Below are positions 31,153-41,946 of a stretch of DNA of 64,000 nucleotides, in pieces. The DNA comes from Dehalococcoidia bacterium. GTDB taxonomy: Bacteria > Chloroflexota > Dehalococcoidia > Plut-88900. Numbering within the stretch: position 1 is the stretch's first letter; every line of letters starts with the position of its first letter. The translations under genes were made by a program, and so were the position numbers. The stretch lies in NCBI GenBank assembly GCA_965207225.1, contig CBDBLV010000005.1, positions 1,472,001 to 1,536,000 on the forward strand, given 5' to 3'. The notes beneath the pieces were generated by a model, which saw only the letters and a program-made list of their open reading frames with translations, did no database searches and was not told where the DNA came from.

Positions 31153-31422
31153 CTAGCCGTTCGGGTTTACCTTCTGATCCCAAAGATTCCCGCCCGCGAC
31201 CATCTCCAGCTCCGCCTCGGTGAGCTCCGGCGTGGGTGGCAGCACCAGGTGGGCGGTGGTGGCGCCGTCCTCGTGGACGACCACATCGAACCCGTCCGGT
31301 ATGGCCGTTCCGATCTCGGAGGCTATGGCCCCCTTCGGGTCTGCGATGAGGCGGGCGCGGAACTCGCCGTCCTCGGCTGCCTTGCTCAGAATCTGGGTCT
31401 TCATTTCGGTTGCCGTGGTCAT
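31153..31422 (-). CDS. NHLP precursor 8, core NLWDQKVNPNG
   Basis: Same leader, ending VAGG; AAGGAG RBS; first gene of the array. Confidence 0.9.
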   Translation of the reverse strand: MTTATEMKTQILSKAAEDGEFRARLIADPKGAIASEIGTAIPDGFDVVVHEDGATTAHLVLPPTPELTEAELEMVAGGNLWDQKVNPNG

Positions 31423-31555
31423 GGTATTGCTCCTTTTCTCTCATTCGCTCCAGATCGTGGTTCTCTCAATCGAGGAGGGACACCCTTTCAACGTGGGATC
31501 GGCTTCCCTTACCTCATCCCATAGCTGTAAACCCCTGTAATCCTACAATATATGT

Positions 31556-31625
31556 ATGATATTAAGGTGACTTGTGGGCTAAATGTTCGTGACCTATTGT
31601 GATATTTGGCCAATGTTGGCATAAT
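31556..31625 (+). promoter_or_regulatory. Sigma70-like promoter with phased RTGAY repeats (inverted paralog of 20672-20741)
   Basis: TTGTGA 31597-31602, 17-nt spacer, CATAAT 31620-31625; repeats at 31556, 31567 and 31589. Confidence 0.65.
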
Positions 31626-31693
31626 CGTCGCGACTAATGCGGGTTCTTGAGGTCTTGTAGGACGAGCCTCCGCGGCCGGATCGAGGTGAAGAG

Positions 31694-32401
31694 TTGGACC
31701 AACCGATATCGAAGAACGAGGTCACCGCACCTGAAGAGCTTTACGGCAAGCGCTACGTTCGGCCGTACGCGGCCCTCTATATCAATCACCCGTTGTGGGA
31801 GCCTAAACTGCAATGCAACGTAGCACTGCTAAGCAGGCTGTTGAAGTCGTTGGGCAACTGGCTGGACACTTGCTGCGGGCAAGGGTGGCACCTGGCGCAG
31901 TTTCCCAACCACCGGCGGATGGGCATTGACCTCAGCGCGGCCCAACTCGAAAAGGCGAGGCTGCAGAACCCCGGAGTCCCCTTCATCCAGGCAGACATCA
32001 CCGATTACGAGCTTCCCGAGGGGCAGCACTTCGACCTGGTGAGCAACTTCTGGAGCGCCTATTCCTACCTGAACGACGAGGATGCCATCCGCGCACTGGT
32101 GGAGAAGCTGGTCCGCTGGACGGCGCCGGGCGGAGCCCTCTACCTGGAACTGACCGTCCCGGAGCTGCTGGAGGATTTCAACCACAGCGAGTTCGCGGCG
32201 GAGACGGGGGCCAGGGTCTCCCTGCGGTCACCCGACGGGGTGTGCTGGGACTACCACGACGCTGGCGGGGTCCACCGGATGATGAGCCCACCCCTGGAGT
32301 TTTTCACCGGCATCATCGCGCCGCACTTCGCGGGGACCAGCCACCCGGTCATAGTCCGATCTATACGCCAGTTCGTTGCCTGGGGCAAGCGGCCCGACTG
32401 A
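31694..32401 (+). CDS. Class I SAM-dependent methyltransferase
   Basis: WLDTCCGQG motif I, GIDLS, ADI, FDLV and APGGAL. Confidence 0.9.
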   Translation: MDQPISKNEVTAPEELYGKRYVRPYAALYINHPLWEPKLQCNVALLSRLLKSLGNWLDTCCGQGWHLAQFPNHRRMGIDLSAAQLEKARLQNPGVPFIQADITDYELPEGQHFDLVSNFWSAYSYLNDEDAIRALVEKLVRWTAPGGALYLELTVPELLEDFNHSEFAAETGARVSLRSPDGVCWDYHDAGGVHRMMSPPLEFFTGIIAPHFAGTSHPVIVRSIRQFVAWGKRPD

Positions 32402-33069
32402 TGAGGCGCCCGCCTCTGCTTCCACCACCAACCGTCACCGCCACCTTACCTTGTATTCGGACCTTCGTTTTTGCCGCCGTGGTCAGGGGCGACTCCTCCC
32501 CTCAGAACCTCGCAGGATACTCGTTGGTCTGGTGACCGGCTGTGCGAGCATCTGCTGACTCGTTGCCGTCCCTCCCGCCCGACACTCCGGCAGGCTGGCG
32601 TGCGTACCTATGACTAGGCCCTCATCGCGGACTTGCGCTACGAGAAACTCCTAGATCACACGCAGTTCCCCAACGGTCCGGTCGAGTGAGACTCCCTTCG
32701 GGGCCTGCCAACTTCGGGGATTGAAATACTCGCTCGGAAGATCCATGAACGGTCCCCGGAATCCCGAGGCGCCGCTTTCGGGTCTCGCGGGGAAGAAGCT
32801 GAACACCCCATTGATGGGGCGTCGGGTGTAGCTCCCCGATACAGCCGACCGCTGCCGGTCAGGGTCGCTCTCATAGCAACTGCGAAGGCGTCAGGCGTCC
32901 ACAGGTTCAGCGCTGAGAGTCCGCTAGCAGCATCGTGTGGAACCGGGTCTTTGACCACGAGAAGGGTATCGAGCATCCATCTCCGCCGACCTTCGACGCC
33001 GACTCGTCATGCTAGAGGCTAACCTACCTCACGAGAGCCAACCGAGAGGAGAGAGCGAAGACTCCAACC

Positions 33070-35683
33070 TCACTCCTCGTCCGGCTTGCCCCCCTCCCCC
33101 GACGCCATCCGGTAGCCGACGCGGGGCTCTGTGAAGATGAACCTGGCACTGGCGGCGGTCTCGCCCAGCTTGCGGCGGATTCGCTTTGCCACCTCCCGCA
33201 CCAGTCTGGACTCGCCCACCCACTCCGGCCCCCACACCCGCTGGAGCAGCACGCCGTGGGTCAGCACCCTGGGGGCGTGGACCGAGAGTTCGTAGAGCAC
33301 CGCGTACTCCGTGGCCGTCGCCTCCACCGGCTCCCCGTCCACCGTCACCCTGCGCTGGGCGTAGTAGGAGCTCAGCCCCGCAGCGAAGTAGGGTCCAGGC
33401 GGCTCGCCCTGGAAGGGCTCCAGCCGCCGCCTGAGCGCTACCCTGATCCTGGCCGCCAGTTCCGTGGGCGAGAAGGGCTTGACCACGTAGTCGGCCGCCC
33501 CCATGTCGAAGGCCCTGGCGATGGTCTCGTTCTCGCCGTACACCGACAGGAAGACGACGATCGCGTCCGTCCTCCTGCGGATGTCGTTCATCAGCTCGAT
33601 GCCGTCGCTGTCCGGCAGCATGAGGTCTAGGCGGGGCTTCTCCTCCTCCACTTGCGGCCTACGCCGATCCCCTCGGGCGCGGCCCATGATCTGTCCCCCA
33701 GGCGGCCAGGGAGCCAAGGGAGACCGTGGCGGCTATTCCCTATATTCTTCCTCTTGGGGTCTAGTTGTCATGATCCACCCTAAAGTCGCATTCTAGGGGA
33801 GTCTTTTCGTGTGGTCCTCGCGTTTTCGGGTCCTATTCCTGGTCCTGCCTCGCGTTACGTAGCGCCTTGCGCTTACGCCATGCGATCGTCCTGTGACTCG
33901 GGGTGCAATAGTTGGCCTTGCGTACGCGAAGGACCTCGAAAGTGACCCCGCATAAAGCGCACTGGACCAGGACCGGAGCGGGGTGGACCCTCCCGAACAT
34001 ATGCACGCCCTTGGCCGCCGGGCGGTACCTCGGTGATGCCGGGACGGGGGCGATGGCCGGGGCCTCCGCTGCCGGCAGGGTGAAGGTGAACCGCGCCTCC
34101 AGGCCCGGCCCGTCGCTCTCGGCCGCGATGCGGCCCCCGTGGGCCTCCACGATTCCCTTGCAGATGGCGAGCCCCAGGCCCGACCCGTCCACGCCCGCGC
34201 CGCCCTCGGCAACGCCGGCACACGAGAACTTCCTGAAGAGCTCGGGTAGCATCTCCGCCGGGATGTTCCGGCCTCGGTCGGTCACCGAGACCGCCACTTG
34301 CACGCCCTCCCTCGCGGCGGTCACCGCTATGGGCGACCCCTGGGGAGAGTAGGCGTCGGCGTTGGACAGCAGGTTGCCCAGCACCTGCACGATGCGCCGC
34401 CGGTCGGCCATAACCAGGGGCAGGTCGTCGGCTAGCCGCACCTCCAGGGCAGTCGCGGCGTCTCCCGTGAGGAACCGGATTGCGGCCTCCTCCACCAGCG
34501 TCCGCACCTCGGCGGGCTCCGGGTCCACCGCCAGCGCCCCCGTCTCGATGCGGGCCACGTCCAGCAGGTCGCCGATGAGGCGGCGCATGTGGTCCGACTG
34601 GTCGCGGATGATGCGGTGGAACTGCGCCGTCTCGGTGGGGTCGAGGTCACCCGCCGCCTCCAGCAGCGTGGTGACCGACCCCTTGATGGAGGTCAGGGGA
34701 GAGTGGAGCTCGTGGCTCACCATGGCCAGGAACTCGGCCCGAAGCCGCTCTTGCTCCTCCACCCCCGCCATGTCCTGCATGGTGACCACCACCGACTCCA
34801 CCTCGCCGTCGTCCGAGCGGATGGGGGTGGCGTTGAGCAGCACGGTCACGCCCCGCCCGTCGGGGACCGCCATGACGATCTCCTCGGCCCGCATCGTCTC
34901 GGAGTCGCCCAGGAAGCGTGCCAGGGGGAACTCCCGCAGGGATACCTCGCTCCCGTCGGCCCGCCACACGGTCAGCAGAGCCAGCAGGTCCTCAGGTGAT
35001 TGGTCCGGATTCCGCAGCCTGTCGACGATCCTGCGGGCCTCCGGGTTGAAGGACGGTACGGTCCCCGTCTTCATGTCGAAGACGACGACGCCCACCGGCG
35101 AGGTGTCGATGAGCGTCTGAAGGGCCGACCTTGCCCGCTGCTCCTCCCGGTGCCTGCGGGCGTTGGCGATGACCAGGGCCGCCTGGGAGGCGAACGTCAC
35201 CAGCCTCTCCTCATCCTCCTTCGTGAACTCCCGGCCCGGCTCGCCGTGCCCAACGTAGAGATGGCCCGAGCGAACGCCCTGGTGGAGTAGCGGGGCCGCC
35301 ATGAACGCTGTCAGCGTCACCGGCGAGCTGAACTCCCCGAAGCCGATGGAGCTTGTGAACTCTTCAAGATGGCCTATCCGCAGGGGGCTGGTGAGGGCGT
35401 TCAGGTACTCGAAGAACATCTCCCCCTCGGGGGCCTGCCAGAGTTGCTCCACGTCGGCGGGGTCGAAGCCCAGGACCAGGTGGTCGTCCACCGCGCCCGA
35501 ATCGTCCAGCGTGATGATGGCGGCGTAGGGCGCGTCGGTCAGAGAGCGAGCAGACTCCATCAAGGCTTGGAGCGCCGCGTCCACGTCCAGGCTCTCGTTG
35601 ATGCGCAGGCTGGCCGCGCTCAGGCGGGAGAGGCGCTCCCGCAGGGCCTCGAAGTCGCGGTCCCGCTGATCCGAATCGGTCAA
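33070..35683 (-). pseudogene. Hybrid GAF-PAS-HK-REC-wHTH regulator, copy 3, interrupted
   Basis: Kinase part 33833-35683 and a REC/wHTH remnant 33070-~33652; the receiver N-terminus (VLAVDDD) is replaced by about 350 bp of unrelated DNA. Confidence 0.8.
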
Positions 35684-36044
35684 TGGCTTTCTCCCAGCCG
35701 GCCCGCAGTACCGAGGGATCTCACGGGCCGGGGCATGACGGTCTCTCTCTGGATAATACACCAAATCATACAAAGACACCACTAAAAACCCCATTAGTGA
35801 TATGCTTGGTCTGATAGTGTTTTGCTGGGCTTATATGCCGCGGAGCCGGTCGGCCTCTGTCGCCCCGGCCCGGCCGGACCCCTGAACGATGGAACGACCG
35901 ATGGAGCGGTAGATTCTTTAGAGGAGGCACGACAGCCATGTTCGGTACAGGAAGCGACAGGAGCACGATGCGCCGCCTGCTGAGGGCGGCCATGGCCGTT
36001 ATCCCCTCGGAAACGGACGTTCTGGCCCCTTCGGACGGACTGGC

Positions 36045-38642
36045 ATGATGCGCGTCTCATCCCTCCGACGCTTCTCCCCATCGCTACTCATCCTTGCCGC
36101 CGCCCTGGCCGCGCTGGCCGCCTTCGGGATGCCCACCAATACGGCCCGCGCCCAGGAGGTAGGCACCGTCTGGGAGGCCACCCTGACAGTGGGCGACGGC
36201 GGCACCTGGCTGGGTTATAGATCGACCGATGTAGCCTCCCCACAGATAGGCAACCTCTCGGGCACTCCGCCCCAGTCAGCCACTTACCGAAGCAAAAGAT
36301 TTGAGTGGAGGGGCACGGTTTACACGGTCGATTCGGTTGCGCTTTTCACTTCGGGGGGCACACTTCAGCTCCGGCTCCACCGGGCCGCAGGGAGCCTTAG
36401 AAAAACGGATTTGGTGCTGCACGTCGGCGGCCGGGAATTTCCCCTGTCCGACGCCGGCACGGCACTCAGCGGCAAGGCTTTGCAATGGAGCAACAGCGGC
36501 CTGAGCTGGTCTGACGGCGACACGATACAGCTGCGTTTGGCGGCCCCGGTCGGCGGCTGCGCAAGCTTCGAGCAATACGATGATTTGCTGTGGCAAATGA
36601 CCAATCAGGGCGAATCGGAGGAGTCGGCGCGCCAACGGCTGGAAACCTATTGCACGGCCCTGGCCGACATGTACGAAAACTTCCCGACCGGACTCAGTAA
36701 GCGCGAGCGTATCCTCTGGCGGGGCACGGTATGGATTTGGCCACTGCCCAATGGCGGACTGGGCTGCAGCAGCCCCGCAGAAGGATTTCGTCCCGAATGC
36801 CCGGGCGATGCGTCATTCCACTTGGACCCCGCCAATGAAGGCACAGGTCACCCGCCGATCCGAATAACAGAGATACGGGCAGACCCAGCCGTCGGGGTTT
36901 ACGTGCATTTCAACCGGCCCTTTCCCGAGGCTTTCAGGGACCGACTCAGACTCTGGGCCCATGCGCCGTTCGACGGTCTTGATGAGGCCCATCTTTCGGA
37001 AGGCCGGGCCGCGCTGCCGGTCCAGCTCGGCGGCTATTCCCGATTTAAGAATGACCGGGGCCTCACCAAAGAAAATTGGCTCTTCAGAAAGCTTGGAACA
37101 AGCGACGCGCAGGGCCTCATTTTCGAATTTGTCGCCTCAGGCGTTGACTGGCCCGACGGCCATCACGTAACGGTGGCCCTGACGCTGGTACCCGGAACGG
37201 CGGCGCAGCAGCAGCAGGCACCGCACGGAATCACGGTGACCGCCGCCAACCCCCTCGGCGTGTCCGAGGACGGGAGCGGAACCTACACCGTCGTGCTGGA
37301 CAGAGAGCCCACGGCGGACGTGACCCTCACGGCCACGAGCAGCGACACCGGCGCGGCGAGCGTCAGCCCGGCATCCCACACCTTCACCGCGTCCAACTGG
37401 TACGAGCCCGCCACCTTCACCGTGAGCGGCGTGGCCGACGACGACACCAATGACGAGAGTGTGGGCGTCAGCCACTCGGTGACCAGCCAGGACAGCGGGT
37501 ACGAGAACGTGCTGGCGCCCTCTGTGCGAGTAACCGTGTCGGACACCACGCAGGAGCAGGAACAGCAGCAGGAGCCGGAGGAACCGGAGGAGAAGGACTA
37601 CTCCGCCCTCATCGCCAAGGTGAGGGAGTGGCGCAACGACCCGGCTTGGGTGGACGACAAGGCCCACACCGACCGCTGGGACCGGGTGCTGCTGGCCCTG
37701 GGCGAGGAGGTGTCGGACGAGACGCTGACGCCCATGACGGCCGCTGAGGCCCAGCAGCTGGCCGACAAAGGCTGGCAACGCTGGGTGAGGGTGGTCGAGG
37801 CACTGACGGAGATCGAGGGCGGCGGCCAGCAACAGCAGACGCCCACCAACAGCGCGCCCACGGTGTCGGCATCAATCGCCGACGTCACCATCGTCAACGA
37901 GAGCGGGACGAAGGAGGTCTCCCTGGCCGGCGTGTTCAGCGACGCCGACAACCATGCCCTGACCATCACCGCCCAATCCTCGGACACCACCATCGCCACG
38001 GTGTCGGTATCCGCCGACCACTCCACGCTGACGGTGACAGCGAAGGCCAGTGGCACGGCGACCGTCACGGTCACAGCCGACGACGGCAACAGCGGCACGG
38101 TGAATGACACGTTCACGATGACGGTGAAGGCCGCGCCGGTGGTGGCCTCGGCCATCGCCGACGTGAGCGGCCTGACGGCGGGCAACTCGCAAGACGTGTC
38201 CCTGTCCGGGGTGTTCAGCGACGCCGACGGCGATAGCCTGACCATCACGGCCCAATCTTCCGACACGGCCAAGGCCACCGTATCCGTTGCCTCCGACGGC
38301 TCCAAGCTGACGCTGACGGGTGTGGCCGAGGGCACGGCGACCATCACGGTGACAGCGCAGGACTCCGACGGCATCACGGTCAGCGACGCCTTCGACGTGG
38401 CGGTGAAGGACTACTCCGCCCTCATCGCCAAGGTGAAGGATTGGCGCAACGACCCGAACTGGGTGGACAACAAGACCCACACCGACCGCTGGGACCGCGT
38501 ATTGCTGGCCCTGGGCGAAGAGGTGTCGGACAAGACGCTGACGCCCATGACAGCGGCGGAGGCCCAGACTTACGCCGACAAGGGCTGGCAGCGCTGGGTC
38601 GAGGTGGCCGAAGCTCTGAACGCTCTCCAAGGAGATGAATGA
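36045..38642 (+). CDS. Large secreted protein with Ig/cadherin-like repeats and a duplicated helical domain
   Basis: Signal peptide ending TARA-Q; two AP.V...IADV...VFSDAD repeats; two DYSALIAKV...RWV repeats. Confidence 0.8.
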   Translation: MMRVSSLRRFSPSLLILAAALAALAAFGMPTNTARAQEVGTVWEATLTVGDGGTWLGYRSTDVASPQIGNLSGTPPQSATYRSKRFEWRGTVYTVDSVALFTSGGTLQLRLHRAAGSLRKTDLVLHVGGREFPLSDAGTALSGKALQWSNSGLSWSDGDTIQLRLAAPVGGCASFEQYDDLLWQMTNQGESEESARQRLETYCTALADMYENFPTGLSKRERILWRGTVWIWPLPNGGLGCSSPAEGFRPECPGDASFHLDPANEGTGHPPIRITEIRADPAVGVYVHFNRPFPEAFRDRLRLWAHAPFDGLDEAHLSEGRAALPVQLGGYSRFKNDRGLTKENWLFRKLGTSDAQGLIFEFVASGVDWPDGHHVTVALTLVPGTAAQQQQAPHGITVTAANPLGVSEDGSGTYTVVLDREPTADVTLTATSSDTGAASVSPASHTFTASNWYEPATFTVSGVADDDTNDESVGVSHSVTSQDSGYENVLAPSVRVTVSDTTQEQEQQQEPEEPEEKDYSALIAKVREWRNDPAWVDDKAHTDRWDRVLLALGEEVSDETLTPMTAAEAQQLADKGWQRWVRVVEALTEIEGGGQQQQTPTNSAPTVSASIADVTIVNESGTKEVSLAGVFSDADNHALTITAQSSDTTIATVSVSADHSTLTVTAKASGTATVTVTADDGNSGTVNDTFTMTVKAAPVVASAIADVSGLTAGNSQDVSLSGVFSDADGDSLTITAQSSDTAKATVSVASDGSKLTLTGVAEGTATITVTAQDSDGITVSDAFDVAVKDYSALIAKVKDWRNDPNWVDNKTHTDRWDRVLLALGEEVSDKTLTPMTAAEAQTYADKGWQRWVEVAEALNALQGDE

Positions 38643-39367
38643 GGGCTACGTGGCCTTTGTTGCTCCCGTGGACAAGTTGCTATCGCCGGACACGACTTAT
38701 CGATTCGTTTGGAGGGGCTAAAGGCGGCCGTCGCCTACAATAACGAGGCTGAAACGGTGGACTGCAGGTGGTTCGCCCTTAAGAGAAATCCGGGCAGGAC
38801 GGTAGACGGCCACTCCAATCCGACGATGATTGGAGGCGATGTCCAGTACTTGCTTCGAATGCCTCCACATTACCACAACTCTGGAGGCGATGAAGTGCCA
38901 GTTGATTGAGATGGCAAATGGCTGGTAACGGATACACTGCGCAATTTGGCGGCGGGCGATGACGGCCACGTCTTTGGTTCGGGCTTGCGCCGAGACAAGT
39001 ATGTCCGGCAGAGGGGAATACCGGGTTTCTCACCTCGCCGATAGGAAGCACTCAATGATCAAAGACAAGTTGGAGAGTTAGCCGATGTCTTGGCAGTGGT
39101 TGTCTTCATTACTACCTCCTGCGTGCGTGAGGTCGTCACATTGTCGCCCACTGCGACATTTGCCCCGAAATCGAGCCCCGTTCCGACCGCTGCGAACTGC
39201 CAGGCCAAACTCATCTGTCTTTTCCTCTAATGCATGTGCGACGAGGGCGTAGACAGATATGCTAAGGGAATATGAACCGGCTTGGCGCTTCGACGGATGC
39301 GAGGCGCAAGGGAATCAAACTCCAAGACCATCGTAGATGCCGGAATTCTCATATTAGGAGGCTGCAA

Positions 39368-40981
39368 TTGGACAAGGTGTTCCTGGGTGGAAACGTCATG
39401 ACAATGACGCCATCAGATAGACGGGCGGAGGCGGTGGCTGTGAGAGATGGCAAGATTTTCGCTGTCGGCAGCAGCGAGGAGATAGGGAGCATGGTCTCTG
39501 TTACGACGGAGGTCGTACATCTTGCCGGTCGAACGCTCATCCCGGGGTTCATCGACCCTCACAACCATTTCTCTGCCACGGTGTTCGAACCGGTTTCGGT
39601 CGACTGTTGGACTCCGCCCCATGAGAGTATTGAAGGGATCAAGGAGGCCATCGCCCGGGCGACCAGCGCAGCTCTTCCGCATCAGTGGATATGGGGGTGG
39701 GGGTTCAATGGGAGCCTCGTTCGCGAGACCCGCAACCTCACCCGTCGGGACCTCGATGATGCCGCTCCCGAGAACCCCGTATGCATCGTGGACAAGTCCT
39801 ACCACAACTGCTATGCAAATTCCGAAGCACTTCGACTGGCGGGAATAGATGCCGACACCCCTGATCCACCCTGTGGCAGGATCCTAAGGGACGACAGTGG
39901 CTATTCCACGGGTGAACTGTGGGAGAGGGCTATGGACCTTGTCCACTCCCTGTGCTTCAAGGCCCACCTCGACCACTATGGGGAGTCGGCCGGCGAGTAT
40001 GTCTATCGCAACTCGATGAAGCACCTAGCGGTGGGAATCACGTCCTTGGGAGAGGCCCTGGTTACACCTGATGCCGCGGGTCTGTACCGTATGGCCGATG
40101 AGCAGGGAAATCTGCCCATAGCCCTGCGGCAACAGCTAGGAGGACGCAGGTTCTTTGACGTGCCGGAGGAGGCCTCCCGGGGAGAGATGGGGGTCGAGGA
40201 TTCATCGGACAGGCTTAGGGGCGGAACCCTGAAGATTTTCATGGACCCCCAATTCCCGGATTCAGGCCATTTCAAGTGCCATGACGACGGGCGGATTGAG
40301 CGGATCGGGTCTAGATTCTACACGCAGGAAGAGGCCGACCATCTAGTGCTTTCCGCGCACCGGTTGGGGATGCAGGTGATAATCCATTGCCTCGGGCCCT
40401 GGGCCATCGAGCAGGCACTCAACTCCTTTGAACGGGCGTTGAGGGACCAACCGACCTCCGACCCACGTTTCAGGATTGAGCACTTCACGCTTCCAACCCG
40501 GGAGCAGATCGACAAAGCCCGCTCCCTCGACGTCATAGCCTCCGTTCAACCGCCCTTCATATACACCTGGGCTGACCAACAGGAGGCGCAGGCGCAGGAG
40601 TTAGGCCGCACATTCGGTGTAGAGGCCTACCGAAGCATGATAGACGGAGGCATAGTGGTCGCCGCCGGATCGGACAACCCTTGCACACCTCTCGATCCTC
40701 TCATAGGAATCCAGGCGGCAGTAAACAGGGTAGCGCGCAGGACAGGTCAACCCGTAGTAGCCGAAGAGGCCGTCACTCCCCTGGAAGCTCTGAGGATGTA
40801 TACCATCAACTCAGCGATAGCGTTGCGCAGGGAATCGGAGGTGGGTTCCCTCGAAGTCGGGAAACGGGCTGACCTCGCGGTCCTTAGCCATGACCCCACC
40901 AAAGCACATGTCGATTTCATCGCAGACATAGCCGTCGAGCACACCTATATCGATGGAAAGTGCCTTTACAGCAGATACTAG
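39368..40981 (+). CDS. Amidohydrolase_3 (YtcJ-like) metal-dependent hydrolase
   Basis: PGFIDPHNH, LKIFMD, HCLG, RIEH, GSD and GSLEVGKRADL; TTG start after AGGAGG. Confidence 0.9.
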   Translation: MDKVFLGGNVMTMTPSDRRAEAVAVRDGKIFAVGSSEEIGSMVSVTTEVVHLAGRTLIPGFIDPHNHFSATVFEPVSVDCWTPPHESIEGIKEAIARATSAALPHQWIWGWGFNGSLVRETRNLTRRDLDDAAPENPVCIVDKSYHNCYANSEALRLAGIDADTPDPPCGRILRDDSGYSTGELWERAMDLVHSLCFKAHLDHYGESAGEYVYRNSMKHLAVGITSLGEALVTPDAAGLYRMADEQGNLPIALRQQLGGRRFFDVPEEASRGEMGVEDSSDRLRGGTLKIFMDPQFPDSGHFKCHDDGRIERIGSRFYTQEEADHLVLSAHRLGMQVIIHCLGPWAIEQALNSFERALRDQPTSDPRFRIEHFTLPTREQIDKARSLDVIASVQPPFIYTWADQQEAQAQELGRTFGVEAYRSMIDGGIVVAAGSDNPCTPLDPLIGIQAAVNRVARRTGQPVVAEEAVTPLEALRMYTINSAIALRRESEVGSLEVGKRADLAVLSHDPTKAHVDFIADIAVEHTYIDGKCLYSRY

Positions 40982-41421
40982 GTACACGGAAAGGGACATT
41001 TGCTTGTTAAGCAGTTACGCATGCATGATGATAGACGAAGCGACCGTATCGACGGCCTCGGTGGTTTCCTCATAGCCAAGTGAATCAATTGGAAATGATG
41101 GGTGAAAATCCTCCAGATGCTATCTTGACTGAGGTTCGGGGTGCCTTTCGACTGAACCTAGTCTCACCGAACTGCCGTGGTTGGACTGGTAGTTGACGTT
41201 CCCTTTCATAGCAGCTCTGGAGCGTGGGTGCCGAGTCTTTGGGTGATATGTCTTCCAATAACGCCGATCTTATGGGCATTGCCAAGTGGAGTTGGGGTAT
41301 CGTTGAACTACCTCGTGAGGACGCGGGAGATCGACCCTGATTTTATGCCGGTAGAACAGGCCCACAAGCGCGAAGGGCAGAAGTTGCCTGCTGACCACGA
41401 GGACGACGGGTTCGTTGGCCT

Positions 41422-41946
41422 CTATTCAAACCCGGGCAATACAGAAAAGCTGTAACCTCTATTCGTGCGCCACCAGCCGATAGTGGTGCAGTTGTTGATG
41501 CTATAGATCCTCAACAAACGCTCTGCCTGTTCTATACAGCTTGTCGGTACTGCCAGCCACCACTTATCGTAAGCCCGGGAGTAGTTGACCCACTGGGCCT
41601 TTGCTTCTCGTGCTGTAACAAGGACTTCGGTTTCGACCTCGATGAGGATGGATGGTTCAGCCATGAGGTCATCGTGCACCTGCACGTCAATTAAGCAGTC
41701 TCTAAACCGTCTCCCGGTGGAAACGTGCTTGCCAGCCTGTTCGTAACGACTTCTTATCGACAGAACGACTCCCTTGTGGTCATCCCCTTCTGATTCCAGT
41801 GCCCGGAAGATATTGTGGCCGCTTTTACCGCTTATAGTGCAATCCTTCCAAATGTTCCTCTTGGCGAGGTCGTCTCCAATCACTTGGCAGAAAAGCCTGG
41901 GAACAAACCCAGGTGGCTTTGGCGCTACCGATCTGCTGGCCTGCAC
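41422..41946 (-). CDS. Hypothetical PD-(D/E)xK-like protein (start uncertain)
   Basis: IDV...ILIEVETE...QW..YS...WWLAVP. Confidence 0.4.
   Translation of the reverse strand: MQASRSVAPKPPGFVPRLFCQVIGDDLAKRNIWKDCTISGKSGHNIFRALESEGDDHKGVVLSIRSRYEQAGKHVSTGRRFRDCLIDVQVHDDLMAEPSILIEVETEVLVTAREAKAQWVNYSRAYDKWWLAVPTSCIEQAERLLRIYSINNCTTIGWWRTNRGYSFSVLPGFE

Noticed and set aside
28408-31422. Repeat-plus-variable-segment array as a CRISPR array or DGR target
   Set aside because: The repeats are ~230-nt protein-coding leaders; there are no cas genes, reverse transcriptase or adenine-specific variation.
28408-31422. Nitrile hydratase alpha subunits
   Set aside because: Too short, lacking the CxLCSC metal motif, and ending in GG/GA plus a core.
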